DNA of 64,000 nucleotides from an uncultured Gammaproteobacteria bacterium (GTDB taxonomy: Bacteria; Myxococcota_A; UBA796; JAJRTE01). The notes under the pieces are model-generated. The model ran no database searches. It saw nothing but the letters and a program-made list of their open reading frames with translations, and was not told the origin of the DNA. This document shows positions 35,547 to 45,656 of this stretch, piece after piece; within the stretch, counting starts at the first letter, position 1; each line of letters opens with the position of its first letter. The DNA lies in NCBI GenBank assembly GCA_964418585.1, contig CAYQMG010000137.1:13327-77326 (forward strand), given 5' to 3'. The translations under genes and the position numbers were made by a program.

Positions 35547-35954
35547 ATGACGGCGAGTGCCGGGAAGAAGAGGATACTCATTGTGGAGGATGAGCCGCAC
35601 GTGGCGATGTATCTGGAGACGTTGCTTCAGGATCACGGCTACGAAACGGAGATAGCGGCGAACGGGCGTGAGGCGTGGGAGCGAGCCCGGAAGAAACGGC
35701 CCGACCTGGTGTCTCTCGACATCACGATGCCGGAAGAGTCGGGGATCCGGTTCTATCGGCGCCTGAAGGAAGACCCTGACCTGGCCGACGTCCCGGTCAT
35801 TGTGGTGACCGCGGTGACCGGCTACGGTGGGGACCCGGAACCATTCAAGAACTTCCTGGACACTCGTCGACAAGTTCCACCGCCTGAGGGCTTTTTCTCG
35901 AAGCCCATCGATCGGGATGCTTTCCTGGAAGCAGTGGCCCGGCAACTCGCCTGA
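35547..35954 (+). CDS. Single-domain response regulator (CheY/DivK-like)
   Basis: ILIVEDE, PDLVSLDITMP, VVTAV, FSKP. Confidence 0.92.
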   Translation: MTASAGKKRILIVEDEPHVAMYLETLLQDHGYETEIAANGREAWERARKKRPDLVSLDITMPEESGIRFYRRLKEDPDLADVPVIVVTAVTGYGGDPEPFKNFLDTRRQVPPPEGFFSKPIDRDAFLEAVARQLA

Positions 35955-36165
35955 ATGGCCGGTCTGGGAAAGGCGCGTTCCAGCTTGTTCCCTGCCTCGC
36001 AAGATGCTACCGTTCGCATGAGTCCGTTTGGCGCTCGTTGCGGTTCCTGTCCAGGCCGCGGGGCCGAGGTGTATGATACGGGCTCGAGGCGGTGGCCGCG
36101 GCGCGGAGAAGGGTCGGCGTGCGGGGTCGCGTGCCGGGGGGGGCGTCGTTTCGAGGAGGATGCGC

Positions 36166-37749
36166 ATGACTGCCGGTGGTCGGAAATACATCCTGGCGGT
36201 GGACCTCGGCACCTCGGGGCCCAAGGTGGCGTTGTTCGATGCGGGTGGGACGATGGTGACTTCGTGTTTCGTCCCCACACCGACCATTTTGCTCCCAGGA
36301 GGCGGTGCGGAGCAACGGCCGGACGACTGGTGGCAGGCCATCGTTCGGGGCACCCGTGAGGTGGTATCGGCGAGCGGGGTGTCTCCTGCGGAGGTGGTGG
36401 CGATCGGGTGTTCGGCGCAGTGGTCCGGCACGGTCGCGGTGGACCGGGCGGGTCGGCCGTTGATGAACGCGATCATCTGGATGGATTCTCGAGGTGCGCC
36501 GTACTTGCGCGAGATCGGGGAGGGGGCGTTCAAGATCGAGGGGTATGCGTTGCGCAAGCTGGTCTACTGGCTGCGGCTTACCGGAGGATTGCCGGGGCCG
36601 TCTGGCAAGGACGCCATTGCCCACATGTTGTTCATCAAGCATGAGCGACCGGAGGTGTACGAGGCCACGGACAAGTTTCTCGAGCCATTGGACTACCTGA
36701 ACTTGCGCATGACAGGAAAGGCCGCGGCCTCTTACCATTCCATCTCGCTTGCCTGGGTCACGGACAACCGGCAGGTCGGCTCGGTGCACTACGACGATCG
36801 TCTCATTGCCATGACGACCATTGACCGGGACAAGTTTCCTGACCTGCTGCCGGTGGATGCCGTGCTCGGGCCGCTCACTGCCGAGGCTGCCGGGGAGCTG
36901 GGGCTGACGGAGGCGACGCAGGTGGTGATGGGTGCGCCGGACCTTCATGCTGCAGCGGTGGGCTCGGGTGCGGTGGACGACTATGATGGGCACCTGTACA
37001 TCGGTACCTCCTCGTGGATCACTTGCCATGTGCCGTTCAAGAAAGTGGATGTGATCCGCAACATTGCCAGCCTGCCATCGGCCATCCCGGGCCGGTATTT
37101 CGTGGCCGACGAGCAGGAGACCTCCGGGGCCTGTCTGAATTTCCTGCGAGACAACGTGTTCTTCCCTTCTGACGAGTTGGAGACCGCGGCGCCGGATGAC
37201 GTGTTCCAACGTTTTGACCGGATGGCGGCTCGAGTTCCGCCCGGGTCGGGCAAGCTCATCTTTCTCCCATGGCTTTACGGGGAGCGGACACCGGTGGAGG
37301 ATCGGTTTGTTCGGGGTGGTTTCGTGAATCTTTCCCTGGATGCCACTCGAGCGCATATGGTCCGGGCGGTGTTGGAAGGTGTGGGATACAATCTCCGGTG
37401 GCTGTGCGGTGCCGTGGAGCACTTCATTGGGAGGCCGTTCGCCCGTTTGAACATCATCGGAGGCGGTGCGAAGTCGGACGTGTGGTGCCAGATTCTGGCG
37501 GACATCCTGGATCGAGAGATTCGGCAGGTGCGTGATCCGATCATGGCCAATGTGCGGGGAGCGGCCTTTCTGGCCGCGCATGCCATGGGTTTTCTCGACT
37601 TCTCTGACATTCCCGGGCGCGTGTCCATTGCGCGAACGTTCCGACCCAACCCGGAGAATCGGGCGATCTACGATGAACTCTACGAACAATTCGGCCGGTT
37701 GTATCGAGCCAACAGGCGCATCTTTGCTCGATTGAACCGAACCCAGTGA
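36166..37749 (+). CDS. FGGY-family carbohydrate kinase (xylulokinase-like)
   Basis: [59 protein letters not shown]; GAGGAGG RBS. Confidence 0.93.
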   Translation: MTAGGRKYILAVDLGTSGPKVALFDAGGTMVTSCFVPTPTILLPGGGAEQRPDDWWQAIVRGTREVVSASGVSPAEVVAIGCSAQWSGTVAVDRAGRPLMNAIIWMDSRGAPYLREIGEGAFKIEGYALRKLVYWLRLTGGLPGPSGKDAIAHMLFIKHERPEVYEATDKFLEPLDYLNLRMTGKAAASYHSISLAWVTDNRQVGSVHYDDRLIAMTTIDRDKFPDLLPVDAVLGPLTAEAAGELGLTEATQVVMGAPDLHAAAVGSGAVDDYDGHLYIGTSSWITCHVPFKKVDVIRNIASLPSAIPGRYFVADEQETSGACLNFLRDNVFFPSDELETAAPDDVFQRFDRMAARVPPGSGKLIFLPWLYGERTPVEDRFVRGGFVNLSLDATRAHMVRAVLEGVGYNLRWLCGAVEHFIGRPFARLNIIGGGAKSDVWCQILADILDREIRQVRDPIMANVRGAAFLAAHAMGFLDFSDIPGRVSIARTFRPNPENRAIYDELYEQFGRLYRANRRIFARLNRTQ

Positions 37750-37768
37750 GCCTTCATGGAGCAGGACG

Positions 37769-39277
37769 ATGGACCCAATCGCGTTTTCGACCAGGTATCT
37801 TTCCCGGGTGGACCCTCGAGTGCTGCGTTTTCTGGAGCGGCAGCTACGGAAGTTGCCGCCTGTGCGGCGTATGATTGAAGCGGAATACGACAAGCTTCTG
37901 GGCGACATCGAGGAGGAGGTGAAGCCCTACCGCAAGGAGTATGGGTCCCTGGATCGGCTTCCCAAGGAGGGGCGGAGCCGAGAGGACATCCTGGCGGAGA
38001 TGGAAGCGATTCGGGACCGGGAATCCGCGCGCTGGCGGGACGGGTTGGTGTCGGGCGCGGTCTATCACGGGGACGAGGGGCACGTGGATTTCCTCAATCG
38101 GGTTTATGCGATCAACTCGCAGGCCAATCCGCTTCACTCGGACCTGTGGCCGAGCACCACGCGGTACGATGCCGAGGTGGTCGCCATGACTGCTCACATG
38201 CTTGGGGCGGATCGGACAGGCGACGAGATCTGCGGCACGGTCACCTCGGGCGGGACCGAGAGTATCCTGTTGGCCATGAAGAGCTACCGGGATCGCGCTC
38301 GAGACACTCGAGGCATACGGCGGCCGGAGATGGTGGCGCCGGTGACTGCGCATGCCGCGTTTGACAAGGCGTGCCAGTATTTCAACATCGAGAAGGTGAC
38401 CGTGCCGGTGGATGCGAGTGGGCGTGCGGTGGTGTCGGAGGTCAAGGCGGCGATCTCGAGGAACACGGTGGTGGTGGTGGGGTCGGCCCCCTCTTTTCCT
38501 CACGGAGCCATCGATCCCATCGAGGAGATGTCTGCCCTGGCCGCCGAGCGGGGGATCGGATTCCACACGGACGCCTGTCTCGGCGGTTTCGTGCTTCCCT
38601 GGGCCGAAAAACTGGGCTACGACGTGCCTCCATTCGACTTTCGTCTTCCCGGCGTCACCTCCATCTCGGTGGACACGCACAAGTTCGGGTATGCCGCCAA
38701 GGGGACATCGGTCGTGCTGTATCGTGGACGGGAGTTGAGGCATTATCAGTACTTCACGACCACGGATTGGCCGGGCGGGATCTACTTCTCTCCCACGTTT
38801 GCAGGCAGTCGTCCTGGTGCGTTGAGTGCTGCGGCCTGGGCGGCGATGGTGAGCATGGGAGAGAAAGGGTATCTCGATGCCACGAAAAAGATCCTGGAGA
38901 CGGCGGCCCGGTTTCGAGAGGCGGTGGAGGCGATCCCGGAACTCGAGCTGGTCGGCAATCCACTTTGGGTGATCGCGTTCCGGTCACCATCTCTGGACAT
39001 CTACCAGGTGATGCAGAACATGACGGATCGAGGTTGGAACCTCAACGGGCTCCACAAGCCTCCGTGCGTGCACATCTGCATCACCCTTCGTCACACCCAG
39101 CCGGGTGTGGCCGATCGGTTCGCCCAGGACCTTCAGGCTGCAGTCGCGGAGGCGAAGCAGCGTCCTGGAGTTCGGGAAGGGATGGCGCCGGTCTACGGGA
39201 TGGCAGCCACCATGCCGCTTCGGGGCCTGGTTGGTGAGATGTTGAAGCGGTACATGGACCTGCTCTACAAGGTGTGA
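37769..39277 (+). CDS. spl: Sphingosine-1-phosphate lyase-like PLP-dependent enzyme
   Basis: [59 protein letters not shown] (PLP Lys), FAGSRPG; N-terminal helical extension typical of S1P lyases. Confidence 0.8.
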   Translation: MDPIAFSTRYLSRVDPRVLRFLERQLRKLPPVRRMIEAEYDKLLGDIEEEVKPYRKEYGSLDRLPKEGRSREDILAEMEAIRDRESARWRDGLVSGAVYHGDEGHVDFLNRVYAINSQANPLHSDLWPSTTRYDAEVVAMTAHMLGADRTGDEICGTVTSGGTESILLAMKSYRDRARDTRGIRRPEMVAPVTAHAAFDKACQYFNIEKVTVPVDASGRAVVSEVKAAISRNTVVVVGSAPSFPHGAIDPIEEMSALAAERGIGFHTDACLGGFVLPWAEKLGYDVPPFDFRLPGVTSISVDTHKFGYAAKGTSVVLYRGRELRHYQYFTTTDWPGGIYFSPTFAGSRPGALSAAAWAAMVSMGEKGYLDATKKILETAARFREAVEAIPELELVGNPLWVIAFRSPSLDIYQVMQNMTDRGWNLNGLHKPPCVHICITLRHTQPGVADRFAQDLQAAVAEAKQRPGVREGMAPVYGMAATMPLRGLVGEMLKRYMDLLYKV

Positions 39278-42200
39278 CCCCCCATTCGGGCCTCGAGGCC
39301 GCGCACTTCGTCCGGGCGGTTCAGGGCTTCCCACAGGCGCATGGCCAGGCCGAACGCGCGAGCGGCGCGGATTTTCTCGCCTGCTGCCTCGCACCGCTCC
39401 CCGGCGCCCTGGATCATCCACGCATCATCTTCCTCCACCACGCCCAGGGTCGCCAGGTGCTGGTCAGCGCGCTCGAGGTGGTGGTCGAACGCTTCCCAGT
39501 CCTTGCGCTCTGCGTGGCAGCGGGCAAGGGCCGCGTGGAAGGCACCGAGGACCCGACGGTGGCCTTGCTTCGTCAGCCGTTCTGGCACGCCTGAGAGCAG
39601 TTCCAGTGCCTCGTCGAACCGGCCCTGCCGGATGCGGACCGTGGCCAGGTTGAGGGTGGGAACCGCCCACATGCCGGCCTCGGTGTCGCGTGCCTTTTCT
39701 GTGGCCTTGCGATAGGCCCGGGCGGCGCGTTCCAGGTCTCCGGTGTACCGTGCGATCTCCCCTGCCTCGTTCAGGAAGAAGACCAGGGCGTGCTTGCCGC
39801 CGATCCGGTCGATCAAGGTTTTGGCCTGCCGGAGGTAGGAGAGGGCCTTGTCCGGATCCCGGTCGTCGTACAGGGCCAGGCGTCCCAGACCGCGGAGTGC
39901 ATCCGAGACTCCGGCCAGGTGGCCGTGCTTGCGGCCCAGGGTCATGGCTTTCTGGAAGTAGTCGCGTGCCTGTTCGGTGGCGCCGGTCTGCTGCGCCACG
40001 TGTCCGAGGAACACCAGGCAGGACACCTGGCGATAGGAGTCCCCTTCCTTTTCGTACAGTTCCAGCGCTCGCTCATAGAGTTCCACGGTGCGTCGGGTCA
40101 GGCCCTGTTCCCAGGCCACGTTGGCCAGTCCACGAAGGCAGTGGGCCGTTTCCCTCCCCTCGTTCCGCAACACCAGTTGGGGGAGGGCCGCCTGGTACAG
40201 GGCCTCCGCAGTCACGTAGTCTCCACGGTATCGCGCCAGGTCCCCCTTGAGACGCATCGCGCTCGCGGCAAGACGGTTCCACTCCCCACGCCGCGCAGCC
40301 TCCTCGATCCGGCGGATGTACTGCGCCACCGCTTCCGGCCGCTCCTGGTCCAGGTCCATTTGGGCCAGCAGCAGCCACCCGGTACCAAGTCGGACATCGA
40401 GGCCTTCGCCGCCAAGCGCACGAATCGCCTCCTCTCGCCTTCGAATGAGTACTCGAGCTGCGTGATAGTCACTGCTCTCCCTTCTTTGCTCGGCAGCCCG
40501 TAGGAGTGGCTGGAGACAGCGCTCGAATTCTCCTGCAGCAAAGTAGTGGCGTCCGATCCGCTCTGATATCCCTGGTTCCGACTCCCCGTAGCGCTTGCGC
40601 AGCATGTTGGCGCAGGCAAGGTGATGGCTTCTGGCCCGTCCCCCATCCCGGGCTGAGCGCTCCAGGCTTTCGCGCAGCATGGCATGAACGAAGGACCAGA
40701 AAATCTGTTGGGGCGACCGACCCGCCCGTTTGCCCAGACTGATACGGACCAGTCGATGGGCAAGGAGGTTGTCCAGTTGACCTTCTGGAAAGGTCAGTCC
40801 CGCTTCTGCACAGGCCGCACGCCACTCCTCGAGCAACACGGTCTGGCCCAGGGCTGCGGCCAGCTCCAGCGCGTGGTGTGCAGTCGGTGGTTGGCCCTGC
40901 ATGGCGCGCTGAATCCGGGCGGTCCACACCTGATGGATGTCGTCCGGGAGGGTGAGGGGGACGCCCTGCTTGAGCACGAATCCCTTGTCTCCGGGGACCA
41001 GGACGCCGCGCTGGACCCAGTCGCCGATGAGCTGCACGGCGAACATGGGATTTCCGGCTGTGCGCGCTTCCACCCGGCTTGCGAGGCGCGGCTCGAGGCC
41101 CAGGAGTTCGCGAACAAGCCGGGCATGGTCGGCCGGAGAAAGGGGCGGAACGAAAATGCCTCGAGCGTCGGGGCTTCCCATGAGTTTGTCGAGGAGTCCG
41201 GTCTCGTATGGTCGTTCCGCCAGCGCGTCGTCCTGGGCGGTGATGAGGAACAGGACGCGGGGCAGGGGGTCCTGGAGATGGTTCAAGACGTGGTAGACGA
41301 AGCGAAGCGAGTCCCCGCCCCATTGCGCGTCGTCCAGCCACACGATGGCAGGACGCTCCTCGGTCAGTTTCTCCAGGTAGCGGCCGATGACCACGTAGCG
41401 TTCGGCCGGATTCCGGAATCGTACCGGCCGCTCACGCTCCTCCTGGTCGTCGGACCGGACGAGCAGGGCGGGTTTCATGATTTCCGCCAGAGCTTGCCAC
41501 TCGTAAGAGTCGGTCACTCCCAGGTCGCCAAGCAGGCGCTCGAGGCGTTGCTCGGCCTCGCTCAGAGACAGGCCCACGCAGCGGGTGAATCGTGCCAGCA
41601 TGGCCGGTAGGCCGTGAGCCGGGCTCTGGTCCGGTCCGTGCGTGGCGGTGAGGACTCGAGCGCCACCCACGTCCAGTGCCCGTTCCGTCATCCACTCGGC
41701 CAGGCGGCTCTTGCCGGTCCCCGCAGCGCCGTGGATGAGCACCAGCCGAGGCTTCCGCTCCTCGTGCACCTCGTGCAGCGCCTGCCAGATGAGATCCCGT
41801 TCCCGCTCCCGATCCACGAAGGGGATGGTTCGGATTCCGTACAGGCCGAGCCCGGCTCCTTCGAGCAAGATGGTGTGTTCGGCCGGTGTTTCGGTCCGCC
41901 AGGATTCAGGCAGGGGAGGGGTGACCACCGGAGGGAGATCATAGTCGGATGCGACGCTGCTCGAGGTGGCTTCGCCGGCGACCAGCGTGATGTTCTCCAG
42001 GGCCTCCTCGGTGTCCACTCCCAGGCGCTGAGGACGGAATTCGTCCATCGGCGCATCGAGCGTCGCCGGGGCCGGTCGCTCGACACGGTTCCCCTCCAGG
42101 TCGCTTGAAATGGGGGGAGGTCCCGATTCACTCGTCCTGTCCGGGTCGCCTCGCTCCTGATCGAACCAGAGGGATTGCGGTCGAGGCCCGGGTTCGACCG

Positions 42201-43275
42201 GTTCGGTGATCAACCTCGAGATACCGCGGCGGTCCACTTCGGAGCGCCATGCTGTGCCTTCTGTGCCCGGCAGTTCTCCCGCTTCCGGGTGTATCGTTTG
42301 AATGGCGAGAATTTCTCCTGCTGCTTCCTCTTGCAACGAGTCGTCCGCTTCCTCCAGATCCTCGAGAAGGGAGAGAGCATAGGCAGCGTCTGCAGCGAAC
42401 TGAAACCGATTTGCAGGCTTTTTTTCCAGGAGCCGGAGCACCCAGGCCGCAAACCCGGACGGTATTTCGAACAGGGGCTCGAGCGCCGGAGCGGGATCGT
42501 ACCAGTGGGCCTGGGCGAGTTGGAGCGCACTGGGTCGCTCGAAAGGCGGTTTGCCGCAGACCATCTCGTAGGCGATACAGCCGAGGGCGTACAGGTCGGT
42601 CCACGGACCGAAATCACGCCACTGAGCTGCGAACTGTTCCGGCGCCATGTAGATCGGGGTTCCCATGAGGGGAACCGCGGGGTCCAGGTCATCTTCAGAG
42701 TGAGCGCTGTCGTCGGAGTTCCCGGGGAATCCCGGAAGGCGTGCGTGGCCCATGCGGCGCATGGCGTGGGCGATACCGAAGTCCGTGAGTTTCAGACCTT
42801 CCAGGCTGCGGTCTTTCGGGAGGAGCACGTTGTCCGGCTTGAGGTCCAGGTGAACCACGCCTCGAGCGTGTGCGTGGGCCAGGGCGTCGAGCAGCAAGGT
42901 CAGCACCCCTCGGACCTGTTTCCATCTGCGCATGGGCAAGATCTGGGCGAGCGTGCCGCCGGCCATGAACTCCATTGCGAGAAAAGGGGCGCCCCGGCGC
43001 AAACGGCCCTTGCTAAGCCACTGGGCGTCCGCGGACACGGTGCCGTCATCGTAGATCAGGATGATGTTGGGATGATTCAGCCCCGCAACCGCACGGACCT
43101 CGTTGAGAAACCCCGCTCGATAGGCCGGATTGTCCGTGTGCTCCTCGGTCATCACCTTGATGGCCACAGGCAGGTCGCGGGCAGGATGGCGCGCCTTCCA
43201 GACGTCCGCCATACCCCCTCGTCCAATGGGCTCGAGCAGTTCGAAGGGGCCGAGCATGATGCGGTTGGATGTCAC
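39265..43275 (-). CDS. Ser/Thr kinase + P-loop ATPase (STAND-like) + TPR protein
   Basis: [36 protein letters not shown]; Walker A GAAGTGKS, Walker B WLDD, GNPMF; C-terminal TPRs. Overlaps the spl 3' end by 13 nt. Confidence 0.9.
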   Translation of the reverse strand: MTSNRIMLGPFELLEPIGRGGMADVWKARHPARDLPVAIKVMTEEHTDNPAYRAGFLNEVRAVAGLNHPNIILIYDDGTVSADAQWLSKGRLRRGAPFLAMEFMAGGTLAQILPMRRWKQVRGVLTLLLDALAHAHARGVVHLDLKPDNVLLPKDRSLEGLKLTDFGIAHAMRRMGHARLPGFPGNSDDSAHSEDDLDPAVPLMGTPIYMAPEQFAAQWRDFGPWTDLYALGCIAYEMVCGKPPFERPSALQLAQAHWYDPAPALEPLFEIPSGFAAWVLRLLEKKPANRFQFAADAAYALSLLEDLEEADDSLQEEAAGEILAIQTIHPEAGELPGTEGTAWRSEVDRRGISRLITEPVEPGPRPQSLWFDQERGDPDRTSESGPPPISSDLEGNRVERPAPATLDAPMDEFRPQRLGVDTEEALENITLVAGEATSSSVASDYDLPPVVTPPLPESWRTETPAEHTILLEGAGLGLYGIRTIPFVDRERERDLIWQALHEVHEERKPRLVLIHGAAGTGKSRLAEWMTERALDVGGARVLTATHGPDQSPAHGLPAMLARFTRCVGLSLSEAEQRLERLLGDLGVTDSYEWQALAEIMKPALLVRSDDQEERERPVRFRNPAERYVVIGRYLEKLTEERPAIVWLDDAQWGGDSLRFVYHVLNHLQDPLPRVLFLITAQDDALAERPYETGLLDKLMGSPDARGIFVPPLSPADHARLVRELLGLEPRLASRVEARTAGNPMFAVQLIGDWVQRGVLVPGDKGFVLKQGVPLTLPDDIHQVWTARIQRAMQGQPPTAHHALELAAALGQTVLLEEWRAACAEAGLTFPEGQLDNLLAHRLVRISLGKRAGRSPQQIFWSFVHAMLRESLERSARDGGRARSHHLACANMLRKRYGESEPGISERIGRHYFAAGEFERCLQPLLRAAEQRRESSDYHAARVLIRRREEAIRALGGEGLDVRLGTGWLLLAQMDLDQERPEAVAQYIRRIEEAARRGEWNRLAASAMRLKGDLARYRGDYVTAEALYQAALPQLVLRNEGRETAHCLRGLANVAWEQGLTRRTVELYERALELYEKEGDSYRQVSCLVFLGHVAQQTGATEQARDYFQKAMTLGRKHGHLAGVSDALRGLGRLALYDDRDPDKALSYLRQAKTLIDRIGGKHALVFFLNEAGEIARYTGDLERAARAYRKATEKARDTEAGMWAVPTLNLATVRIRQGRFDEALELLSGVPERLTKQGHRRVLGAFHAALARCHAERKDWEAFDHHLERADQHLATLGVVEEDDAWMIQGAGERCEAAGEKIRAARAFGLAMRLWEALNRPDEVRGLEARMGGHTL

Positions 43276-43428
43276 AGTGCCCCCTCCTGGTTCGCCCAGG
43301 CGATACCACCAGGTACGCTTCTCGGGACGATGGATCTACTATACCTGAAAACCGCTCAATGTCGATTCGAGAAGGTGGAGCCGACCGCGCATCCGGGCAG
43401 GCAGCCCCGGCGGCGCAGGACATTTGGC

Positions 43429-43458
43429 TTGACAACCCGCGAAGCGGGCTGATATGTT
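43429..43458 (+). promoter_or_regulatory. sigma70 promoter TTGACA-N18-TATGTT with extended -10 TG
   Basis: TTGACA at 43429-43434, TG at 43450-43451, TATGTT at 43453-43458. Confidence 0.45.
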
Positions 43459-43579
43459 CGGTCCGCATTTGGGCGCGGCCCCTCCAAGGGCCGGGTCACC
43501 AGGAACGAAAGGCTTCCGGAAGCATGAAGCCGCGTTCGGATACGGCCGGGGAAAACAACCTCCTTCCCGCGGAGGTACC

Positions 43580-45403
43580 TTGCGAATAGTACAATCGTCC
43601 GCGTTGCGCTCGGCCGGATGCGCCTGCGCCTTGGGCGGACTTCTTCTGTTCACATGGGTCACCGGGGAGATTCGCGCCGCGGAGTCGGTGGACCCGGGGG
43701 CGTGGCCGGTGTTGCCGGACTATCCACCCCGCGTGACCAACCTTGCCGAATACCAGGCACGGACGTTGACCGGGCCGTTTCACCGGGGTGCGCCCGCGGG
43801 GTACCCCCGGTCGGATGGGAAACCGGTCCTCCTGCCTTCTGCTGTGCCTGCCGAGATGGCTGAAAAGGGCAAGGTGCCCGATCCGTTCGAGATCTCCAGC
43901 CGCGTGCCGGCTCCGGAAACCATCGACCTCACCGGCCGTGACCTGTCTCGCAAGAAGTGCCTGTCCATCGGGGCCCCCAATCGGGGGCGGCTGGTCAACG
44001 GTATCCCCATGCGGCCGTTTCCTGGTTTCCTCGTTCGTCCCACGGTACACCATGTGTATGGGACCCCGGAGACCATCGCAGCCCTCCACTACGCGGTGGC
44101 TCGAGTGCACCAGCAGTTCCCGGGAGCCCACGACCTCGTGGTGGGAGACCTTTCCAGGCGCAGGGGCGGTCGACTGCCGCCGCACCTGTCGCACCAGTCA
44201 GGTCGGGATGCGGATGTCGGATTCTACCACCGAAATATCGACGCCCCCCGGTCATTCGTTGAGGCCACACCGGCCAACCTGGATGTGGAACGGACCTGGG
44301 CCTTTATCGAGGCCTTGCTCGAGGACCACAAGGTCGAATACATTTTCATCGATTATTCGATTCAGCGGCTGCTCTATCGCTATGTCAAGTATACCCTTGG
44401 AGCCCCGGAAGCCTACCTTCGGATGGTCTTCTCCTATCCCAGACGCTCCAGGACGGCTTTCATTCGCCATGCACCGAAGCACAGGGACCATCTCCACGTC
44501 CGGTTCTGGTCTCCCATCGCAGTGGCGGCAGCTCGAGGGGTTACACTGACACCGGCGGATGGCCGGTGGTTCACCCCCGAGGAGGTCGCAGCCTACACCC
44601 GCGGTGGATACGTGGCCTTGAACCATTTCGACCGCGTGGACTGGGGAGTGGGCCCCGGACACGCCTTGCCGGACCGTAGCCTGTACGCCACGTACCGGGT
44701 GCGGTCGGGGGATACGTTGAGCACCATTGCCGGCCGCTATCACGTTTCCACCGCTGCGCTCATGGAATTGAACGGGCTGCACGCGCGTTCGATCATTCGG
44801 CCCGGCCAGCGACTGTTGCTCCCCATCAGGCGATCAACAACACCCGCGGCCACTGGAAGCTCAAGCGTGGCCGTGGCCAGGACCGGCGACGGGGGGGGAC
44901 CCCCCGGCCGGACCACTCAGGCCTCGGGGAGCGGGAAGGATGGCGAGGTGTGGATCTACCGGGTGGAGCCGGGCGACTATCCGGGCAAGATCGCCCGACG
45001 GTTCGGCGTCCCTGTGGATCGACTGCTTCAGGCCAACGGCTTGACCCGGTCGTCCCGCATCTATCCGGGCCAGCGACTCGTGGTGCCGGCGGATGGGCGG
45101 GTTTCCGCAACCACAGTGGCCACGGCCGAGCACCAACAGGGGGTGGGTGAGGAGAATCAGGCCTACCGGTTGGTGCGAAGAACTTCCTGGGTTACCGTCA
45201 CCCGTGGGGATTCACTCTGGTCCATCGCCCGCCGTCACGGCACCACCGTGGATCGGCTGTGCGCCCTGAACGGTCTTCGCCGCGACAGCGTGCTGCAGGT
45301 CGGCCAGCACCTCAAGGCGGCCGAGTGGTATGAGCGGGTGCCGGTCGCACCTCAACCCGTGCTTACCTCGCAGCCTCAGCCGGACGTTCCTGCAGGACGA
45401 TGA
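43580..45403 (+). CDS. Penicillin-insensitive murein endopeptidase (MepA-like) with three LysM domains
   Basis: TTG start after GGAGG; SIGAPNRGRLVNG, VGDLSRRRGG, HLSHQSGRDAD, HRDHLHVRF; LysMs YRVRSGDTLSTIA, YRVEPGDYPGKIA, VTRGDSLWSIA. Confidence 0.9.
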   Translation: MRIVQSSALRSAGCACALGGLLLFTWVTGEIRAAESVDPGAWPVLPDYPPRVTNLAEYQARTLTGPFHRGAPAGYPRSDGKPVLLPSAVPAEMAEKGKVPDPFEISSRVPAPETIDLTGRDLSRKKCLSIGAPNRGRLVNGIPMRPFPGFLVRPTVHHVYGTPETIAALHYAVARVHQQFPGAHDLVVGDLSRRRGGRLPPHLSHQSGRDADVGFYHRNIDAPRSFVEATPANLDVERTWAFIEALLEDHKVEYIFIDYSIQRLLYRYVKYTLGAPEAYLRMVFSYPRRSRTAFIRHAPKHRDHLHVRFWSPIAVAAARGVTLTPADGRWFTPEEVAAYTRGGYVALNHFDRVDWGVGPGHALPDRSLYATYRVRSGDTLSTIAGRYHVSTAALMELNGLHARSIIRPGQRLLLPIRRSTTPAATGSSSVAVARTGDGGGPPGRTTQASGSGKDGEVWIYRVEPGDYPGKIARRFGVPVDRLLQANGLTRSSRIYPGQRLVVPADGRVSATTVATAEHQQGVGEENQAYRLVRRTSWVTVTRGDSLWSIARRHGTTVDRLCALNGLRRDSVLQVGQHLKAAEWYERVPVAPQPVLTSQPQPDVPAGR

Positions 45404-45473
45404 TAGGGCGTCCCAGTTCATTTGAGCAGCGTGCCCGACGTGGTGTTGCCTGTGTTCCCGGTTCGGACCCGTC

Positions 45474-45502
45474 TTGACATTCAGTTTCCAGGCGGCTACC
45501 AT
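45474..45502 (+). promoter_or_regulatory. sigma70 promoter TTGACA-N17-TACCAT upstream of pilC
   Basis: TTGACA at 45474-45479 and TACCAT at 45497-45502. Confidence 0.6.
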
Positions 45503-45656
45503 GCCCGTAGTGTTCGACAGGAAGGTGTGAACTGCATCCGTCGAGCTGTGCGTGCTCCCTCAGAAGCGCTGGCTGCCGTACCCAACCCCACTCCGGTGAC
45601 CGTCGAACCTTGTGCCTCGTGACTCATGTCCAGGGACAGTCGGAGGGACCCACTTC

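Noticed and set aside
37769-39277. Annotation as glutamate decarboxylase
   Set aside because: Same fold, but the N-terminal extension and the SGAVY, NPLH and AFDKA motifs fit the S1P-lyase subfamily better; not fully excluded.
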